Positions 1 to 5,947 of a stretch of DNA of 7,431 bases are shown piece after piece. Within the stretch, counting starts at the first letter, position 1, and every line of letters begins with the position of its first letter. The stretch comes from a virus (Duplodnaviria; Heunggongvirae; Uroviricota; Caudoviricetes). The DNA is taken from the IMG/VR virus record IMGVR_UViG_2693429642_000010; one strand, written 5' to 3'. The translations under genes were made by a program, and so were the position numbers. The notes beneath the pieces were generated by a model. That model was not told where the DNA came from and ran no database searches. It saw only the letters and a program-made list of their open reading frames with translations.

Positions 1-189
1 CAGTTCAGCCACCGTGCGGGAACCAGGAGTACCGAGCCCTTTTCTGGCGGCGGTAACCCATTGTCCTAAAGTGCCTTCAGGAAGAGATAATCGGGAAGCG
101 CCTTCACTGATCGAAAGTTGATTTTCAAGAACCGTTCTGACAGCTTCGGCTTTGAACTCTTTAGAGTAACGTTGGGTTTTTCTGCTCAT
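1..189 (-). CDS. IS3-family transposase OrfA, N-terminal helix-turn-helix part (partial, 63 codons in window)
   Basis: Reverse complement of 1-189 translates without stops as MSRKTQRYSKEFKAEAVRTVLENQLSISEGASRLSLPEGTLGQWVTAARKGLGTPGSRTVAEL. GGAG Shine-Dalgarno 6 nt upstream of the ATG (plus 196-199). The N-terminus matches my recollection of IS600-like OrfA (unverified). Confidence 0.85.
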   Translation of the reverse strand, partial: MSRKTQRYSKEFKAEAVRTVLENQLSISEGASRLSLPEGTLGQWVTAARKGLGTPGSRTVAEL

Positions 190-253
190 TATTAGCTCCT
201 TCTGATGCCATTCTATTTCAGGAAGGAGTGTCCGTTAAACTCAGGCTACCTCA
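1..253 (-). mobile_element. IS3-family insertion sequence, one end only (element continues beyond window start)
   Basis: Minus-strand transposase OrfA starts at 189 and runs out of the window. Read on the minus strand from 253 the element terminus is TGAGGTAGCCTGAGTTTAACGGACAC, i.e. a TG... end with an internal GGACAC motif, as in IS3-family inverted repeats. Exact boundary at 253 is inferred, not verified against a reference IS. Confidence 0.7.
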
Positions 254-347
254 GACATGATATTAAGCTCATGGCAGGTACATCTCTTGACTGGTCATAG
301 AGATAAATTTAATGCTGAGAAATGCAGTATTGAATTTATCAATTTTT

Positions 348-587
348 CTATTTCCTGCGTATGGCACGTAACTTCTTAATGTGTTCTGCCGTTTCGATCT
401 CTTCTGCTATCCGATCTGCATCAGCTTTATTCACAGGTTCAAAGTCATGATTAAAGCGGAACATGCTGGCGATACATGTTCTGCCTTTTCGGATGTAGTG
501 AACTTTGTTGTGGGTAGAACGCAGGATTTTGCAGGGAGTGCCGTGGTGGTCGACGTACCAGGTGTTAGGAAAAATGATTCTGAACAT
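348..587 (-). CDS. hypothetical small protein (79 aa), last gene of the leftward operon before the IS
   Basis: ORF with ATG at 587 preceded by GAGGTG Shine-Dalgarno (plus 591-597 reverse complement) at about 7 nt spacing. Same strand as the neighbouring prophage genes. No family recognised. Confidence 0.5.
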   Translation of the reverse strand: MFRIIFPNTWYVDHHGTPCKILRSTHNKVHYIRKGRTCIASMFRFNHDFEPVNKADADRIAEEIETAEHIKKLRAIRRK

Positions 588-634
588 TTTTACACCTCAG
601 TTGGACGATGTTGAAATTTGCTGCTTTGAGGCCA

Positions 635-853
635 TCACAGTCCCCATTGTTTGTTCTTAAGTTCGATCTCCTCCTGGCAACTTGCACAAGTCCGACAACC
701 CTGAACGGCCAGGCGTCTTCGTTCATCTATCGGATCGCCACACTCACAACAATGAGTGGCAGATATAGCCTGGTGGTTCAGGCGGCGCATTTTTATTGCT
801 GTGTTGCGCTGTAATTCTTCAATTTCTGATGCTGAATCAATGATGTCTGCCAT
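635..853 (-). CDS. TraR/DksA-family C4 zinc-finger protein (72 aa), phage-encoded RNA polymerase secondary-channel binder class
   Basis: Translation contains CCECGDPIDERRRLAVQGCRTCASCQ, i.e. CxxC-(14-17)-CxxC with the GxPIxExRR signature of TraR-type proteins. Size and position in the delayed-early left arm fit lambdoid TraR homologs. Confidence 0.8.
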   Translation of the reverse strand: MADIIDSASEIEELQRNTAIKMRRLNHQAISATHCCECGDPIDERRRLAVQGCRTCASCQEEIELKNKQWGL

Positions 854-908
854 CTTTCATTAATCCCTGAATTGTTGGTTAATACGCTTGAGGGTGAATG
901 CGAATAAT

Positions 909-929
909 AAAAAAGGAGCCTGTAGCTCC
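909..929 (-). terminator. possible weak intrinsic terminator for leftward transcription
   Basis: On the minus strand GGAGC-UACAG-GCUCC (5-bp GC-rich stem, plus 915-929) is followed immediately by a U6 run (plus 909-914), just downstream of the orf61-type gene stop at 952. Stem is short, so strength is doubtful. Confidence 0.3.
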
Positions 930-951
930 ATGATGATTTTGTTTTTCATGT

Positions 952-1167
952 TCACCGTTCCTTAAAGACGCCGTTTAACATGCCGATCGCCAGGCTTAAA
1001 TGAGTCGGTGTGAATCCCATCAGCGTTACCGTTTCGCGGTGCTTCTTCAGTACGCTACGGCAAATGTCATCGACGTTTTTATCCGGAAACTGCTGTCTGG
1101 CTTTTTTGATTTCATAATTAGCCTGACGGGCAATACTGCGAAGGGCGTTTTCTTGCTGAGGTGTCAT
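952..1167 (-). CDS. hypothetical small protein (71 aa) in the lambda orf61 position
   Basis: Open frame 952-1233; the first 22 codons (MHFSGSGLHILCAYACRHGTCS) look non-coding and lack an RBS, so the internal ATG at 1167 (MTPQQENALRSIARQ...) is preferred. RBS is weak; start is uncertain. Confidence 0.5.
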   Translation of the reverse strand: MTPQQENALRSIARQANYEIKKARQQFPDKNVDDICRSVLKKHRETVTLMGFTPTHLSLAIGMLNGVFKER

Positions 1168-1243
1168 TGAACAAGTCCCATGTCGGCAAGCATAAGCACA
1201 CAGAATATGAAGCCCGCTGCCAGAAAAATGCATTCAGTGGTTG

Positions 1244-1435
1244 TCATACCTGGTCTCTCTCATCTGCTTCTGCTTTCGCCACCATCATTTCCAGCTTTTG
1301 TGAAAGGGATGTGGTTAACGTATGAAATTCTTCGTCTGTTTCTACTGGTATTGGCACAAACCTGACTCCAATTTGAGCGAGGCTATGTGCCATCTCGATA
1401 CTCGTTCTTAACTCAACGGGAGATGCTTTGTGCAT
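1244..1435 (-). CDS. small protein, lambda orf63-type (63 aa)
   Basis: 192-bp ORF with GAGGGG Shine-Dalgarno 4-8 nt upstream of the ATG at 1435. Overlaps the 3' end of the next gene by 28 nt, the same arrangement and length I recall for lambda orf63/orf60a. Confidence 0.6.
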   Translation of the reverse strand: MHKASPVELRTSIEMAHSLAQIGVRFVPIPVETDEEFHTLTTSLSQKLEMMVAKAEADERDQV

Positions 1436-1596
1436 ACAGCCCCTCGTTTATTATTTATCTCCTCAGCCAGCCGCTGGGCTTTCAGTGGATTTTGGATAAC
1501 AGAAAGGCCGGGAAATACCCAGCCTCGCTTTGTAACGGAGTAGACGAAAGTGATCGCGCCTACCCGGATATTATCGTGAGGATGCGTCATCGCCAT
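1408..1596 (-). CDS. small protein, lambda orf60a-type (62 aa)
   Basis: [35 protein letters not shown]... immediately downstream of exo on the same strand, overlapping the exo 3' end by 10 nt. Confidence 0.6.
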   Translation of the reverse strand: MAMTHPHDNIRVGAITFVYSVTKRGWVFPGLSVIQNPLKAQRLAEEINNKRGAVCTKHLPLS

Positions 1597-2267
1597 TGCT
1601 CCCCAAATACAAAACCAATTTCAGCCAGTGCCTCGTCCATTTTTTCGATGAACTCCGGCACCATCTCGTCAAAACTCGCCATGTACTTTTCATCCCGCTC
1701 AACCACGACATAATGCAGTCCTTCACGCTTCATACGCGGGTCATAGTTGGCAAAGTACCAGGCATCTTTTCGCGTCACCCACATGCTGTACTGCACCTGG
1801 GCCATGTAAGCCGACTTTATGGCCTCGAAACCACCGAGCCGGAACTTCATGAAATCCCGGGAGGTAAACGGGCATTTCAGCTCAAGGCCATTGCCGTCAC
1901 TGCATAAACCATCGGGAGAGCAGGCGGTGCGCATACTTTCGTCGCGATAGATGATCGGGGATTCAGTAACATTCACGCCGGAAGTGAATTCAAACAGGGT
2001 TCTGGCGTCGTTCTCGTACTGTTTTCCCCAGGCCAGCGCCTTAGCATTAACTTCCGGAGCCACACCGGTGCAAACCTCAGCCAGCAGGGTGTGGAAGTAG
2101 GACATTTTCATGTCAGGCCACTTCTTTCCTGAGCGGGGCTTTGCTATCACGTTGTGAACTTCTGAAGCGGTGATGACGCCGAGCCGTAATTTGTGCCATG
2201 CATCATCCCCCTGTTCGACAGCTCTCACGTCGATCCCGGTACGCTGCAGGATAATGTCCGGTGTCAT
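1587..2267 (-). CDS. exo: lambda-type exonuclease (Red alpha), 226 aa
   Basis: Translation [69 protein letters not shown]... matches my recollection of lambda Exo almost residue for residue. Same length (681 bp). Start overlaps the bet stop (ATGA at 2264-2267). Confidence 0.95.
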   Translation of the reverse strand: MTPDIILQRTGIDVRAVEQGDDAWHKLRLGVITASEVHNVIAKPRSGKKWPDMKMSYFHTLLAEVCTGVAPEVNAKALAWGKQYENDARTLFEFTSGVNVTESPIIYRDESMRTACSPDGLCSDGNGLELKCPFTSRDFMKFRLGGFEAIKSAYMAQVQYSMWVTRKDAWYFANYDPRMKREGLHYVVVERDEKYMASFDEMVPEFIEKMDEALAEIGFVFGEQWR

Positions 2268-3049
2268 GCTGCCACCTTCTGCTCAGTGGCTTTCTGTTTC
2301 AGGAATCCAAGAGCTTTCACTGCTTCGGCCTGTGTCAGTTCTGACGATGCGCGAATGTCGCGGCGAAATATCTGGGAACAGAGCGGCAATAAGTCGTCAT
2401 CCCATGTTTTATCCCGGGCGATCAGCAGAGTGTTAATCTCCTGCATGGTTTCATCGTTAATCGGAGTGATGTCGCGTTCCGGCTGACGTTCTGCAGTGTA
2501 TGCGGTATTTTCGACAATGCGCTCGGCTTCATCCTTTTCATAGATACCAGCAAATCCGAAGGCCAGACGGGCACACTGAATCATGGCTTTATGCCGTAAC
2601 ATCCGTTTGGGATGCGACTGCCACGGTCCCGTGATTTCTCTGCCTTCGCGGGTTTTGAATGGTTCGCGGCGACATTCATCCATCCACTCGGTAACGCAGA
2701 TCGGATGATTGCGGTCCTTGCGGTAAATCCGGCATGTACAGGATTCATTGTCCTGCTCAAAGTCCATGCCATCAAACTGCTGGTTTTCATTGATGATGCG
2801 GGACCAGCCATCAACACCCACCACCGGAACGATGCCGTTCTGCTTATCAGGGAAGGCGTAAATTTCTTTCGTCCACGGATTAAGGCCGTACTGGTTGGCG
2901 ACGATCAACAATGCGATGAACTGCGCATCGCTGGCATCACCTTTAAATGCCGTCTGGCGAAGAGTGGTGATCAGTTCCTGTGGGTCGACAGAATCCATGC
3001 CGACACGTTCAGCCAGCTTCCCTGCCAGCGTTGCGAGTGCTGTACTCAT
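2264..3049 (-). CDS. bet: lambda-type single-strand annealing protein Beta (Red beta), 261 aa
   Basis: Translation [72 protein letters not shown]... matches lambda Bet as I recall it. 786 bp, as in lambda. Confidence 0.95.
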   Translation of the reverse strand: MSTALATLAGKLAERVGMDSVDPQELITTLRQTAFKGDASDAQFIALLIVANQYGLNPWTKEIYAFPDKQNGIVPVVGVDGWSRIINENQQFDGMDFEQDNESCTCRIYRKDRNHPICVTEWMDECRREPFKTREGREITGPWQSHPKRMLRHKAMIQCARLAFGFAGIYEKDEAERIVENTAYTAERQPERDITPINDETMQEINTLLIARDKTWDDDLLPLCSQIFRRDIRASSELTQAEAVKALGFLKQKATEQKVAA

Positions 3050-3054
3050 CCGTT

Positions 3055-3351
3055 TTATACCTCTGAATCAATATCAACCTGGTGGTGAGCAATGGTTTCA
3101 ACCATGTACCGGATGTGTTCTGCCATGCGCTCCTGAAACTCAACATCGTCATCAAACGCACGGGTAATGGCTTTTTTGCTGGCCCCGCAGCGTTGCAAAT
3201 GATCGATGCAGAGTGATTCAAACAGGTGCTGTGGAAGACCTTTTTCCATGTCGTCTGCCAGTTCTGACTCTTTCTCTTCACGGGCAATCTGCTGGTAGTG
3301 ACGTGCCCAGCTCAGAGCCTCAAGACGATCCTGAATGTAATAAGCGTTCAT
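3055..3351 (-). CDS. gam: RecBCD inhibitor Gam, short form only (98 aa)
   Basis: Translation [60 protein letters not shown]... matches lambda Gam from its internal Met onward. AGGAG Shine-Dalgarno 7 nt upstream (plus 3359-3363 reverse complement). In-frame stop upstream at 3406-3408 with no start codon between, so the long-form N-terminal extension is not encoded. Confidence 0.92.
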   Translation of the reverse strand: MNAYYIQDRLEALSWARHYQQIAREEKESELADDMEKGLPQHLFESLCIDHLQRCGASKKAITRAFDDDVEFQERMAEHIRYMVETIAHHQVDIDSEV

Positions 3352-3426
3352 GGCTGAACTCCTGAAAATGGCTGTGAAAATATCGCCCGCGAAATGCCAG
3401 GCTGATTAGGAAAACAGGAAAGGGGA

Positions 3427-3633
3427 TTAGTGATTCAGGCCGTTACCGCGTCCGTCGAGAAAAACTTCCACGAGCAAATCACGGGTATAAGTGCGCTCGA
3501 TGCCGCGATGCAGATAAAGCCGTCCGCGTAAATTAGCTGATGCAGTCCAGGTACCATCTTTGTGTTTGACCAGCATTCCTGGCATGACCGCGCCGCGATT
3601 AACGGTCTGCGTTCCGTAATGTTGATGAACCAT
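3427..3633 (-). CDS. hypothetical small protein in the kil position (68 aa from the RBS-supported start; open frame extends to 3717 = 96 aa)
   Basis: ATG at 3633 has AGGAG 5 nt upstream (plus 3639-3643 reverse complement). The farther ATG at 3717 has only GAGG at 10 nt and adds a Pro/Gly-rich 28-aa extension. Sits immediately upstream of gam on the same strand, where lambdoid phages carry kil. No family recognised. Confidence 0.45.
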   Translation of the reverse strand: MVHQHYGTQTVNRGAVMPGMLVKHKDGTWTASANLRGRLYLHRGIERTYTRDLLVEVFLDGRGNGLNH

Positions 3634-3904
3634 AAAAACTCCTGCCCGTAAGCTGGGCTGCTGAACATATAGAGACTTCTGCGCGTATTCAGGCGGTGGA
3701 TGGCCGCCGGTTGTCATAACTAAGCCGCCTCGTTGAAGCGACTAAGGTATGAAATGTTGAGTTGATTTCAGCTGGTCACACCGACGTTCACGCGTCCGTT
3801 TCACCCCTCGCACTCCCCGAAGCCTGCTGAAATTCAAACTGCGGATCTAAGCGGTCATCGCAACGGTGAATCAGGTAGTTGCCGTATCGTTGTGTTGTTG
3901 CGAT

Positions 3905-3990
3905 GAACCTATTTAAAACTATGGTTGTTTTATCGTCAACAACAAAAGTTGTTTTATTGGTTGTTTTAGATATAACTGGTTGTATTTAGG
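3905..3990 (-). promoter_or_regulatory. OL/pL-like leftward early promoter with operator repeats
   Basis: Minus strand reads TTGACG (-35, plus 3934-3939) - 16 nt - TTTAAA (-10, plus 3912-3917). Three TGGTTGT cores at 3922-3928, 3958-3964 and 3977-3983. The 17-mer AAAACTATGGTTGTTTT (3915-3931) lies between the -35 and -10 and is the exact reverse complement of a 17-mer at 4974-4990. Confidence 0.55.
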
Positions 3991-4080
3991 ATGGATTTAT
4001 TTTGTGACTTGAATCGCATAGCGATAACTGAAGCGAGGTTATGGTGGTTTTTTTAACGGTGTGTGTGATGAGGGGAGGGC

Positions 4081-4107
4081 AAAAGAAAACCCGGCACGGT
4101 GACCGGG
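4081..4107 (-). terminator. intrinsic terminator downstream of the repressor gene (t-imm-like)
   Basis: On the minus strand CCCGG-UCACCGUG-CCGGG (5-bp all-GC stem, plus 4090-4107) is followed by UUUUCUUUU (plus 4081-4089), about 120 nt past the repressor stop at 4229. Confidence 0.55.
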
Positions 4108-4228
4108 ATTCTTACGCCGTTAGGTAAAGATATTATTGCGGTGGCTTAATATTACTACCTAGAGCAAAGATAGGAATTAGTTCTTTACTGAATGAGCACA
4201 ATGCCCAGTTGATAATTTTTAATTGGTA

Positions 4229-4918
4229 CTACCCATGCTTCCTATATGTCTGCGGCATGCTCCCAATAACCTTACCGAAGATGAACACCCGGTTCATCTC
4301 GTCTTTCTCGATCGGGTCCCACGGTGAGTAGCTTTTGTTATCAGAGATGACCAGCAGCTTATCCTTCATCATTTGCAGGCGCTTTACATGGGCTGTGTCG
4401 TCGTACAGAAACGCATAGATACCATCACCGTCGAAAGATTTAACTGTGATATCAACGAACAGCAGATCACCTGGTTCGATCGTTCCTGACATGCTGTCAC
4501 CACGCACGTTAATGATGCGGATATTTTCCGCCTTCCTACCATCGAACATGTGACGAGCATCGTCAAACGAGTACTCAACCGAGCGTAGAACTTCTACAAA
4601 CTCACGGTTGATGACTCCCGGCCCAGCACTGACTTCTATATCAAGAACGTCAATCTTGAAGTATTTGGAATGGCTGACAGTTGATTGTATTGGTTGCACT
4701 ATACTGTCTGACATATTTCCAACGCCAGAAGATAACCATTCTGCGCGCACACCCAAAGCGTTCGCGATCTCCACGATTTTAGTTGTTTGATTAGCTTTCC
4801 CTGTTTCGATTTTCTGAATAGCAGCCTGGCTAACCCCGACCAAATCCCCAAGCGCCTTTTGTGTAAGGCCTCGCGCTAATCTGGCTTCTTTAAGTCTTTC
4901 TGAGAGTGTTGTTTTCAT
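4229..4918 (-). CDS. CI-type prophage repressor: N-terminal XRE-family HTH plus C-terminal S24 (LexA-like) autopeptidase domain, 229 aa
   Basis: MKTTLSERLKEARLARGLTQKALGDLVGVSQAAIQKIETGK... is a classic XRE helix-turn-helix. The C-terminal part has a candidate Ala-Gly autocleavage site (VSAGPG), the serine motif GDSMSG and the lysine motif HVKRL as in LexA/CI. Start at 4918 preferred over the upstream ATG at 4984, whose 22-codon extension has no RBS and would run through the operator region. Not lambda cI itself. Confidence 0.85.
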   Translation of the reverse strand: MKTTLSERLKEARLARGLTQKALGDLVGVSQAAIQKIETGKANQTTKIVEIANALGVRAEWLSSGVGNMSDSIVQPIQSTVSHSKYFKIDVLDIEVSAGPGVINREFVEVLRSVEYSFDDARHMFDGRKAENIRIINVRGDSMSGTIEPGDLLFVDITVKSFDGDGIYAFLYDDTAHVKRLQMMKDKLLVISDNKSYSPWDPIEKDEMNRVFIFGKVIGSMPQTYRKHG

Positions 4919-4924
4919 AGTCCA

Positions 4925-4995
4925 AATGTACAACCAAGGTTTTATTCCATCAAACGAAAATGGTTGTTGATTAAAAACAACCATAGTTTTAATCT
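4925..4995. promoter_or_regulatory. OR-like region with divergent pRM-like (leftward) and pR-like (rightward) promoters and three operator cores
   Basis: Cores: ACAACCA 4930-4936, TGGTTGT 4961-4967, ACAACCA 4977-4983. Rightward: TTGATT (4967-4972) - 15 nt - TTTAAT (4988-4993), with 17-mer AAAACAACCATAGTTTT (4974-4990) between them. Leftward: TTGATG (minus strand, plus 4948-4953) - 17 nt - TACATT (plus 4925-4930), ending 6 nt before the repressor ATG. Confidence 0.55.
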
Positions 4996-5022
4996 TGATT
5001 CAAATTAACCACGGAGGTTGTT

Positions 5023-5253
5023 ATGAACCCAGCTATCAAAACAGCGATCAATATCGTTGGTTCACAAAAGAAACTGGGCGCTGCTTGCGAAGTTTCACAG
5101 CAGGCCGTCTATAAGTGGCTTCACAACAAAGCAAAGGTATCCCCTGAACATGTCGGCAGCATTGTTACGGCTACTGGTGGAGTAGTGAAGGCATACCAGA
5201 TTCGCCCGGATCTTCCGGAGTTGTTTCCACACACCGAAAAGAACGCAGCTTAA
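5023..5253 (+). CDS. Cro-like small HTH regulator (76 aa), YdaS-type Cro analog
   Basis: GGAGG Shine-Dalgarno at 5013-5017, 5 nt before the ATG. Small basic protein with an HTH-like segment (QKKLGAACEVSQQAVYKWLHNK). Divergent from the repressor across the operator region. Not lambda Cro. Confidence 0.8.
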   Translation: MNPAIKTAINIVGSQKKLGAACEVSQQAVYKWLHNKAKVSPEHVGSIVTATGGVVKAYQIRPDLPELFPHTEKNAA

Positions 5254-5322
5254 ATTTCCATTTCACGCTCTTTAACAATAAGCAATCAACTTAACAGTCA
5301 ATTCAAACTAAAGGAGTCAATT

Positions 5323-5481
5323 ATGCAACCACTTACATACCAACAGACTAGCGGATTTAGCCCGACTGCGGTGATAAATCGTTCTCAAACAAAACAGGCG
5401 CCAGGCCACGAAAAATCCGTGATGCCGTTCGCGCCTGGTCGGCTGCAGATAATCAGGATGTTGTTGCCGCACTCATTGTGA
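5323..5481 (+). CDS. upstream ORF (52 aa), probably the frame-shifted N-terminal portion of the cII-position gene
   Basis: ATG at 5323 with a near-ideal AAGGAG Shine-Dalgarno (5311-5316) at 6 nt spacing. Reading frame stays open to TGA 5479-5481 and overlaps the alternative frame (open from 5361) for about 118 nt. Confidence 0.4.
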   Translation: MQPLTYQQTSGFSPTAVINRSQTKQAPGHEKSVMPFAPGRLQIIRMLLPHSL

Positions 5482-5861
5482 ATGAGTATCGGGAGCAGGG
5501 CGGCGGCACCATCGATTTCCCTGATGATGTCAGCCGTGCACGCCAGAAGCTGTTCCGCTTCCTCGATAACAAATTCGATTCTGAAAAATACCGAAATAAC
5601 GTGCGTGAACTGACCCCGGCAATTCTGGCGGTACTACCGCTGGAATATCGCGGCCACCTGGTTGAGCAGGATAGCTTCATGGCTCGGCTGGCTGAAATGG
5701 AAAAGGAACTCAGTGAGGCAAAGCAGGCGGTCATTCTCAACGCACCACGCCACCAGAAACTGAAGGAGATGAGTGAAGGCATTGTGTCGATGTTTCGTGT
5801 GGACCCGGATCTGGCTGGTCCATTAATGGCGATGGTTACCACCATGCTGGGGGCAATATGA
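5478..5861 (+). CDS. cII-position regulator, possibly YdaT-like (CII functional analog); C-terminal frame as called, 127 aa from GTG
   Basis: Long ORF ending in an ATGA overlap with the alternative O start at 5858. Its GTG start at 5478 has no Shine-Dalgarno and overlaps the upstream ORF stop (GTGA), and the frame is open back to 5361. Family assignment is from recollection and needs a profile search. Confidence 0.55.
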   Translation: MNEYREQGGGTIDFPDDVSRARQKLFRFLDNKFDSEKYRNNVRELTPAILAVLPLEYRGHLVEQDSFMARLAEMEKELSEAKQAVILNAPRHQKLKEMSEGIVSMFRVDPDLAGPLMAMVTTMLGAI

Positions 5862-5947
5862 CAGGTTCAGAAATGGCGAAAGCCGGTCTGCGGGAACAGA
5901 GCCGACTTTCAGGTGCAAATCGTAACGCACTCATTGCGGAAGGAATT

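Noticed and set aside
1596-1907. 103-aa plus-strand ORF (and similar 2170-2486 ORFs)
   Set aside because: Antisense to exo and bet, with no translation signals.
2612-3088. 158-aa ORF on the plus strand
   Set aside because: Lies entirely antisense to bet, whose product is confidently recognised. No RBS. Typical shadow ORF.
3435-3668. 77-aa minus-strand ORF overlapping the kil-slot ORF in another frame
   Set aside because: No RBS. Overlaps a better-supported ORF. Cys/Trp-rich unlikely translation.
4041-4130. 29-codon plus-strand mini-ORF (MVVFLTVCVM...) between OL and the repressor terminator
   Set aside because: Shine-Dalgarno spacing too short (2 nt), no promoter evident, and it overlaps the terminator hairpin. 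Probably fortuitous.
4919-4984. 22-codon N-terminal extension of the repressor ORF from an upstream ATG
   Set aside because: No RBS, would run through the operator and promoter region, and the HTH domain begins at the 4918 Met.
5409-5416. Canonical programmed -1 frameshift heptamer
   Set aside because: Sequence CGAAAAAT does not fit the X-XXY-YYZ pattern and no downstream pseudoknot is evident. Mutation or sequencing error at the A5 run is at least as likely as programmed frameshifting.
5453-5845. 130-aa minus-strand ORF
   Set aside because: Antisense to the cII-slot gene. Ser/Arg-rich low-complexity translation, no RBS.
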